Shown piece after piece: positions 63,999 to 64,000 of a DNA stretch of 64,000 nt. Positions within the stretch are counted from its first letter, which is position 1. Each line of letters starts with the position of its first letter. Source of the stretch: a virus (Duplodnaviria > Caudoviricetes); the IMG/VR virus record IMGVR_UViG_3300044695_006401. One strand, written 5' to 3'. The notes under the pieces were generated by a model. The model saw only the letters and a list, made by a program, of their open reading frames with translations, ran no database searches and was not told the DNA's origin. The translations under genes were made by a program, and so were the position numbers.

Positions 63999-64000
63999 TT

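Noticed and set aside
1-64000. tRNA, rRNA, CRISPR arrays, integrase/transposase, reverse transcriptase (DGR/retron)
   Set aside because: Intergenic gaps are all under about 100 bp and contain only promoters or terminators; no matching motifs were recognised by eye. A tRNAscan/Infernal run would be needed to exclude small RNAs fully.
1-64000. Stop-codon reassignment (as in some large phages)
   Set aside because: Standard code gives dense, full-length genes, and TAA, TAG and TGA all end recognisable proteins at expected positions (e.g. dnaJ and sbcC end in TAG).

Overview
This 64-kb window is part of a large, AT-rich, contractile-tailed (myovirus-like, probably jumbo) phage genome, not cellular DNA. 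Almost all genes lie on the minus strand, and both window edges cut through ORFs. A Bacteroidota host is inferred from several signals: a Bacteroidota-type RpoD-like sigma factor, TTTG-N19-TAnnTTTG promoters, no evident Shine-Dalgarno motifs, SprB repeats, an Hc1-like protein, an SSB ending in DLPF, and a signal peptide exposing Gln. In minus-strand reading order the window holds: a baseplate hub-like giant protein; gp32-like SSB, RecA/UvsX, 5'-3' exonuclease, DnaB-like helicase, nrdB and nrdA; a roughly 31-kb baseplate/tail module (gp25, gp6, gp7-like, fibres, SprB-repeat and Pro-Thr-repeat proteins); RuvC-like resolvase, primase, PD-(D/E)XK nuclease and SbcD/SbcC; the sigma factor; a membrane/lysis-like cluster; putative head-internal proteins; and dnaJ, dam and an LRR protein. 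Best candidate for an undescribed system: a tight five-gene glycosyltransferase cassette (GT60 polypeptide-GlcNAc-transferase-like, DUF3431, PLOD-like GT, DUF3405-like, HtrL-like; 26800-30984). It is inserted among Cys-rich tail proteins with mucin-like (Thr-Pro)n linkers and a Gly-Ser-Ser collagen-like fibre, which suggests a phage-encoded virion O-glycosylation system. Other notable points: an Mre11/Rad50 pair that seems re-split (Mre11 C-terminal domain fused to the Rad50 N-terminus), two promoter classes with repeated exact leaderless geometry, a sigma factor lacking part of region 3, and dnaJ enclosed by the only two plus-strand genes. All family assignments come from motif recognition by eye; no database search was run.
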